Origin: a virus
Taxonomy: Duplodnaviria > Caudoviricetes
Virus record (IMG/VR): IMGVR_UViG_3300030117_007612
Coordinates: 64,001-128,000 of that record
Direction: 5' to 3' (one strand)
Length of the DNA: 64,000 nt
Position 1 is the stretch's first letter. The number at the start of each line of letters is the position of its first letter. A program made the translations under genes and the position numbers. The notes beneath the pieces were generated by a model, which was not told the DNA's origin, searched no databases, and saw nothing but the letters and a program-made list of their open reading frames with translations. This document shows, piece after piece, positions 58,700 through 64,000 of the stretch.

Positions 58700-61600
58700 T
58701 GGCCAAAATAGTAATAACCTCAGCAGGTATATCCGGTTCAGCAGGATCGGTAGCCATTACAGGCTCATTTGTTGTTACCGGATCCGAAGGCGAAATTACA
58801 GTTTCCGGAAGCGGAACCGAGCTTAGTGGCGCCCATGGATCCTCGACCACCACATCGGGCTCATCTACATTCTACGACGCCGCCGGCAGCAGCACGTCAA
58901 CCTCTGCGACTGGCTCAGTATCTACCGGCTCAGCAGGCTCCGCAACGCACGGCTCTGGTTCCTCAACATACACCGATGCTGATGGCACACACTCAACTTC
59001 TGCAACTGGTTCATACACTACGGGTTCCGGCGGATCAACATCGACAACATCAGGCTCTACATCCCACACAAGTGCTGATGGTAGCACCACTTCGACATCT
59101 GCGACTGGTTCTTATATTAGTGGCTCCGGAGGCGGAGCCGGAACTGGCTCTGGCGGCTCAGCAACCCACAGTTCGGGTTCATCAATTTACACAAGCGCTG
59201 ACGGTAGCACACACTCAACTTCTGCAACTGGCTCATTAACCACAGGCTCAGGAGGTTCCACCGAAACAACATCAGGATCTACATCGTATACAGACGCTGG
59301 TGGAAGCACCACTACTGTTTCTGCAACTGGTTCATATACCACAGGTTCTGGAGGTTCCACCGAAACAACAACGGGATCATCTACATACACAGGCGCTGAT
59401 GGTGGCACAGCCATAGTCTCTTCAGTTGGATACGTAGCTAGTGGTTCCGGTGGAGAGTCATCTACAACATCTGGCTCAACCAGCTACACAGACGCTGGTG
59501 GAAGCAGTACTTCGACATCTGCGACCGGCTCATCTATGACTGGTTCGGGCGGATCTGCAACCCATGGATCGGGTTCATCCACATATACAGACGCCGGCGG
59601 ATGTACTGGGTCGATGTCCGCAACTGGTTCATACACTACGGGTTCCGGCGGATCAACATCGACAACATCAGGCTCGACCACACACACAGACGCTGGTGGA
59701 AGCAGTACTTCGACATCTGCGACCGGCTCATCTATGACTGGTTCGGGCGGATCTGCAACCCATGGATCGGGTTCATCCACATATACAGACGCCGGCGGAA
59801 GTACCACTTCGACATCTGCGACTGGCTCTTATATGAGCGGGTCGACCCCGGGAACCACTACCACAACGCCGGGCGGGACTACATACGAAGACACAGACAG
59901 CACAACTATGCACTCAACCAGTGGTTCGCACTATAGTGGCTCAACGCCGGAAAGCGGCTCTGCCGGCAGCACAACGATTACAGATGGCACAGTTGAGGTA
60001 ACTGGATCCGTCACAATTTCTGGCTCAAGCCCCGCCTTAACAATTATGGCCGGCGAACTAATAGTTAGTGGCTCATCGATACTTGGCTCAACCATCGACC
60101 ACACAACCACTATAGGCAGCCACCTTACAGCATCCTATGGATTGGTTGCGCCAACACACGGAATTAGCGGAGCATATGTTACAGCCTATGATGGTCGTTT
60201 CCCGGGTCACGTGTCATCATCTCTTTATAAAGGCTCGATGGTCTCTGCTAGCTTGTTAGTGACAGGTGGAGAAGTTAAAGCACACCGCGGTACATTCGGC
60301 TTGATGGTTACTGAGTTTCTTACGATGTCAAAGGGCGCCCTTGTTGAGGATGATGACAAAGTCCACTTTGGCACAGATCAAGAATCACACATCAGGTACG
60401 ATGAGGCCGGCCAAGATTTCCTAACAATTTCAGGCTCAGATGCAGGTGGCCTTGTTCTAAGCGGTTCTAGCTTGGTAATCGACACTGACACCGTGGAAAG
60501 CGGTTCCCGCGCCGGCGGCGGAAGCTACTTGGCTATGACAACAACTGGTAAAATTGTGTTGTCGACTCCAGATGGCGGCGGCGGCGGTTCCGCTAGAAGC
60601 GTTTCGGGTGATGACGACGATGGCGTTATAACTTGGAAAACATCTGATAACACTTTTACTGTTGAGGGCAATCTTACTTTTGACGGTAACACACTTACCG
60701 TCGGCGGTCTGGGCGTTGTAACCGGTAGTCAGTTAATGGCGTATGGCATAACCGGATCGCTAGCGACAATTCAAGAGATTACTGGTGGCTGGGCTGATAT
60801 GCATAAGTTTGCCGGCGACAAGGTCGAAGTTGGCACTCACGTTTCATCTTCGCTTCTGTATGGTACAACATTGTCTGCGTCAACTCTTGTAAGTGGCGGT
60901 TTGCATATGGGCCATACCGGCAAATTTGATATTCTGTCAGCATCGACGGTGTATGCTCACGCCTTCTCCCCATCGACCGTATCAGCATCTACAGAAATAA
61001 CCGGCGGCGCCGTCTCGGCATTTGGAATTACTGGAACACTCGGAACATTCAGTGGCGTCGTCAGTGCATCTTCTTACGAAGGTTTTGCTGTGCGAACCAC
61101 ACACGGAGAACACGCTGGTACAGTCTCTGCATCAGTATTCATAGGATCGAATGTATCAGCCTCAACAGAAATCACCGGTGGTTGGCACAGAGGACACACT
61201 GGCAAATTTGATATTCTGTCAGCATCGACGATACATGCTCATGTCTTCTCTCCATCGACTATCTCCGCCTCGCTATATTTAACTGGTGGTCATGTTTATG
61301 CATACGGTATAACCGGCTCAAAAGCGACAATTACAAGCATCAGTGCTACGGAAGTCACATCATCTGTATTGTTGGGATATTCGCATACTGGCGACGAATT
61401 AATTGCACACAGCCATGTATCAGCGGCTCTATTCTTAACCGGTGGGCACGTCTATGCTTACGGCGTTACCGCTTCATTGGGAACATTCAGCGGCGTCGTC
61501 AGTGCGTCTTCTTATGAGGGTTTTGCCGTACGAACTACTCATGGCGAACATGCTGGCACAGTTTCTGCATCAGTATTCATAGGATCGAATGTATCAGCTT

Positions 61601-63054
61601 CTACGGAAATCACCGGTGGTTGGCATAGGGGACACACCGGCAAATTTGACATTCTGTCAGCATCGACGGTGCATGCTCACGTCTTCTCCCCATCGACCGT
61701 ATCAGCATCTATAGAAATAACTGGTGGCGCAGTCTCCGCTTACGGAATTACTGGTACGCTGGGCACATTCAGTGGCGTTGTCAGTGCATCTTCTTATGAA
61801 GGTTTTGCTGTACGAACCACACACGGAGAACATGCCGGCACAGTCTCCGCATCAGTATTCATAGGATCGAACGTGTCAGCTTCTACGGAAATCACCGGTG
61901 GTTGGCATAGAGGATTCAAATTTGAAGGACCCAAGGGTGAATTTGCAACACATGTTTCGTCTTCACTGTTGTTTGGTACAACATTGTCTGCCTCCACTAT
62001 TGTAAGCGGTGGTTTGCACATGGGACACACTGGCAAATTTGATATTCTGTCAGCATCAACCATGTACGCTCATGTTTGGGCGCCTACGACCGTATCAGCA
62101 TCTACAGAAATAACTGGTGGCGCAGTCTCCGCTTACGGAGTCACTGGTACACTTGGAACATTCTTTGGACTGCTCTCGGCATCCTCTGTGCACGGCTTCT
62201 CTCATGTTGGAGGTGAGGCTACATATACCGGATTCGTCGAAGCCGGCACTTATATGAGCGCATCTACTCACTTTACAGGTGGTCACGTATATGCTTACGG
62301 AGTCACTGGTACACTTGGAACGTTCTTCGGTCTTCTTTCAGCATCCTCTGTGCATGCCTTCTCTCACATTGGAGGCGAAGCGGTATACACAGGTTTCGTT
62401 GAAGCTGGAACCCACATGAGCGCATCTACTCACTTTACAGGTGGTCACGTATACGGATACGGCTTAACAGGTTCACAGGCAACTTTGACACATGCAGCAA
62501 CATCGCCGCCAACATATGCGTCATCGCAATTAAGACTAAACTATGATGATGCTAATTTTGCTTTTGTCGGAGTTGACTCAATTGGAAGCCTTTCAATTGA
62601 ATCCACAGCGATGTCGTCTCGCCAAAAGGGTGTTGACGCACTCCCTGCAAACAAATCGCATGGAGAAATAGTGTTCTTCGGAACAGAGGACTCCAACGAT
62701 ACTCTGGCCATAGGAAAGCTTATGTATCTTGCAACGGGTGGGATCTGGAAGCACGCTGACGCTGACGCGGTAGCATCATGTGGTGGTGTCATGCTTGGCA
62801 TTGCACTGGGCACTGGGATATCAGATGGATTATTGGTCAATGGTTACGCAAACATATCGGGCACACTGACGGCATCGCCGGTGTATAAATTAACCCACGG
62901 ATCAGCACTTTATGTATCTACGACGCCGGGAGAGATGACCCAAACACAGCCCACAGCAAGCGGGGATGTATCGCGAGTGATCGGTTATGCAGTAAGCTCT
63001 TCTACTGGTAAGACGATATATTTTAATCCAAGTGGTGATTGGGTTGAGCAGTGA
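58699..63054 (+). CDS. Long repetitive fibre (possible head fibre)
   Basis: 33-aa S/T/G repeats, His-containing SAS...G repeats, and a C-terminal LMYL..GGIWKHADA...LYVSTTPG...VIGYA...IYFNP domain resembling capsid-cement/DUF2190-type domains. Confidence 0.65.
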   Translation: MAKIVITSAGISGSAGSVAITGSFVVTGSEGEITVSGSGTELSGAHGSSTTTSGSSTFYDAAGSSTSTSATGSVSTGSAGSATHGSGSSTYTDADGTHSTSATGSYTTGSGGSTSTTSGSTSHTSADGSTTSTSATGSYISGSGGGAGTGSGGSATHSSGSSIYTSADGSTHSTSATGSLTTGSGGSTETTSGSTSYTDAGGSTTTVSATGSYTTGSGGSTETTTGSSTYTGADGGTAIVSSVGYVASGSGGESSTTSGSTSYTDAGGSSTSTSATGSSMTGSGGSATHGSGSSTYTDAGGCTGSMSATGSYTTGSGGSTSTTSGSTTHTDAGGSSTSTSATGSSMTGSGGSATHGSGSSTYTDAGGSTTSTSATGSYMSGSTPGTTTTTPGGTTYEDTDSTTMHSTSGSHYSGSTPESGSAGSTTITDGTVEVTGSVTISGSSPALTIMAGELIVSGSSILGSTIDHTTTIGSHLTASYGLVAPTHGISGAYVTAYDGRFPGHVSSSLYKGSMVSASLLVTGGEVKAHRGTFGLMVTEFLTMSKGALVEDDDKVHFGTDQESHIRYDEAGQDFLTISGSDAGGLVLSGSSLVIDTDTVESGSRAGGGSYLAMTTTGKIVLSTPDGGGGGSARSVSGDDDDGVITWKTSDNTFTVEGNLTFDGNTLTVGGLGVVTGSQLMAYGITGSLATIQEITGGWADMHKFAGDKVEVGTHVSSSLLYGTTLSASTLVSGGLHMGHTGKFDILSASTVYAHAFSPSTVSASTEITGGAVSAFGITGTLGTFSGVVSASSYEGFAVRTTHGEHAGTVSASVFIGSNVSASTEITGGWHRGHTGKFDILSASTIHAHVFSPSTISASLYLTGGHVYAYGITGSKATITSISATEVTSSVLLGYSHTGDELIAHSHVSAALFLTGGHVYAYGVTASLGTFSGVVSASSYEGFAVRTTHGEHAGTVSASVFIGSNVSASTEITGGWHRGHTGKFDILSASTVHAHVFSPSTVSASIEITGGAVSAYGITGTLGTFSGVVSASSYEGFAVRTTHGEHAGTVSASVFIGSNVSASTEITGGWHRGFKFEGPKGEFATHVSSSLLFGTTLSASTIVSGGLHMGHTGKFDILSASTMYAHVWAPTTVSASTEITGGAVSAYGVTGTLGTFFGLLSASSVHGFSHVGGEATYTGFVEAGTYMSASTHFTGGHVYAYGVTGTLGTFFGLLSASSVHAFSHIGGEAVYTGFVEAGTHMSASTHFTGGHVYGYGLTGSQATLTHAATSPPTYASSQLRLNYDDANFAFVGVDSIGSLSIESTAMSSRQKGVDALPANKSHGEIVFFGTEDSNDTLAIGKLMYLATGGIWKHADADAVASCGGVMLGIALGTGISDGLLVNGYANISGTLTASPVYKLTHGSALYVSTTPGEMTQTQPTASGDVSRVIGYAVSSSTGKTIYFNPSGDWVEQ
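58825..59850 (+). repeat. Tandem ~99-nt (33-aa) coding repeats, about 10 units
   Basis: Unit SATGSYTT-GSGGSTET-TSGSTSYT-DAGGSTTTV; 59488-59601 is identical to 59686-59799 (offset 198 nt). Confidence 0.9.
60780..62470 (+). repeat. Dispersed and tandem coding repeats within the fibre
   Basis: FSGVVSASSYEGFAVRTTHGEHAG block at 61048, 61486 and 61768; GHTGKFDILSAST x4; 162-nt tandem duplication at 62134/62296. Confidence 0.9.
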
Positions 63055-63119
63055 TAATTGCTAAACAAATGCTCATCCCCATGCGTCGAATTAAAAACGT
63101 CTTTTATGTCAATTAGTTA

Positions 63120-63127
63120 CTATTTAT
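63120..63127 (+). promoter_or_regulatory. CTANTTA box (putative late promoter)
   Basis: CTATTTAT before the scaffold gene. Confidence 0.5.
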
Positions 63128-63161
63128 TTTTGAAATATAATTAAATTTTGGAGAATTTTAT

Positions 63162-64000
63162 ATGTCATCGATGCTCGACCAAGCAATTATAGACGCCACT
63201 GCCCTAAAAGAGGCGGCTCTTAAAAACGCAGAAAACGCAATTGTTGAAAAATATTCCAGCGAGGTTAAGCAAACGCTTGACAAACTGCTTGAACAAGACG
63301 CACCTCTTGCAATGGATCCTTTGGGAATGGATGCGGGCCCGGAGCCCATGGACGATCCTGCACCAGACACTCCGCTTGCTGCACTTGATGGAGACAAAGC
63401 ATGTCCATGCCCCGATGAAGATGAACAAATTGAATTGGATATTGATCTTTCGGCGCTTTCCAAGGCTGCAGCAGACCTAACAACATCCGACATGGGATCT
63501 GCAGAGGACCAAGAAGCCGTTTTACAACAAGTTGCCGAGTCCGAAGATTTTGAAATTTCAGACGATGTTATCGTCGAATTATTATCCGAGGATGAGTCCG
63601 AAGAACAAGAGATTGATGATTCAGAAGTTATTGAAGAAGAAGAGGAAGAATTGCTCGATGAAGATGAGGAATTAGAATACTCTTTTGAAGATGAATTAGT
63701 AGATAAGATTTATGAAAAATTGACGGTTGATTTAAAACCGGCATTATCTGGCTGGGCTGGACGCCCGGCTGAGCACATTGAAGCTGAAATGGAAAGAGAG
63801 TTAGCACGCCGACGCGACGATGAAGTCGAAGAAGACGTAAAGGCTCTCAAAAAGGCTGTAGAAGAATTGATGGAAGAGAACAACTCTCTTAAAGATCAAA
63901 ATGAAAAGTTTTCATCCGCAGTGGTTGCGCTGAAAGATAAACTCGACGAAGTTAATCTTTCAAATGCAAGATTGCTGTATACGAACCGAATACTCAGTAG
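63162..64000 (+). CDS. Prohead scaffold/core protein (T4 gp22-like), 3'-truncated
   Basis: MSSMLDQAIIDATALKEAALKNAENAIVEKYSSEVK..., very acidic middle and coiled coil ending LDEVNLSNARLLYTNRILS; GGAG SD; open to the window end, so not in the track. Confidence 0.75.
   Translation, partial: MSSMLDQAIIDATALKEAALKNAENAIVEKYSSEVKQTLDKLLEQDAPLAMDPLGMDAGPEPMDDPAPDTPLAALDGDKACPCPDEDEQIELDIDLSALSKAAADLTTSDMGSAEDQEAVLQQVAESEDFEISDDVIVELLSEDESEEQEIDDSEVIEEEEEELLDEDEELEYSFEDELVDKIYEKLTVDLKPALSGWAGRPAEHIEAEMERELARRRDDEVEEDVKALKKAVEELMEENNSLKDQNEKFSSAVVALKDKLDEVNLSNARLLYTNRILS

Noticed and set aside
58825-59850. CRISPR array
   Set aside because: The repeats are degenerate, in-frame and codon-periodic, with no unique spacers.
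60780-62470. Diversity-generating retroelement TR/VR pair
   Set aside because: The repeat differences are mostly synonymous and not adenine-specific, all copies are in-frame coding, and no reverse transcriptase is in the window.
484-63493. Numerous minus-strand and short nested ORFs in the track
   Set aside because: They are shadows of long + strand genes, with no SD, no motifs and no independent space.
1-64000. Stop-codon reassignment (code 15 or 4), seen in some jumbo phages
   Set aside because: Genes are intact under code 11, and TAG (e.g. 21543, 32017), TGA and TAA all end genes at tight junctions.
1-64000. tRNA, rRNA or other structured RNA genes
   Set aside because: Intergenic gaps are about 110 nt or less and AT-rich; no cloverleaf or T-loop motif was recognised.

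Overview
A 64-kb segment of a large T4-like (myovirus-type) jumbo phage genome. It is almost fully coding, all credible genes are on the + strand, and it uses the standard genetic code. Layout: (1) 1-36.7 kb baseplate/tail module: a 5'-truncated giant protein, gp25-like and gp6-like wedge genes, a DNRLRE-like protein, a 3902-aa LamG/gp7(gpI)-like protein, large hypotheticals and five paralogues resembling two halves of a tail-collar (DUF3751-like) domain. (2) 36.7-42 kb replication/recombination island with sigma70-type promoters: RuvC-like resolvase, FKBP/SlyD-type PPIase, primase and a fused SbcD-SbcC. (3) A putative holin plus atypical spanin-like pair. (4) 43-64 kb head module: large terminase, portal, gp21-type prohead protease, 3'-truncated scaffold, a tubulin/FtsZ-family GTPase, ribosomal protein bS21 and three mosaic fibre proteins. 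Most notable: 7-8 small head-module proteins sharing an MK(I/L)T..L..II.EE helix (candidate capsid-targeting, protease-cleaved address tag); two unannotated Cys-containing microproteins (one 32 aa with 10 Cys); no CCWGG seen anywhere while the palindrome GCCGGC is highly iterated; a recurring CTANTTA(T/A) upstream box; and a fibre with 8/33-aa Ser/Thr/Gly repeats reminiscent of ice-nucleation proteins. All counts are by eye and all family calls come from motif recognition, not database searches.
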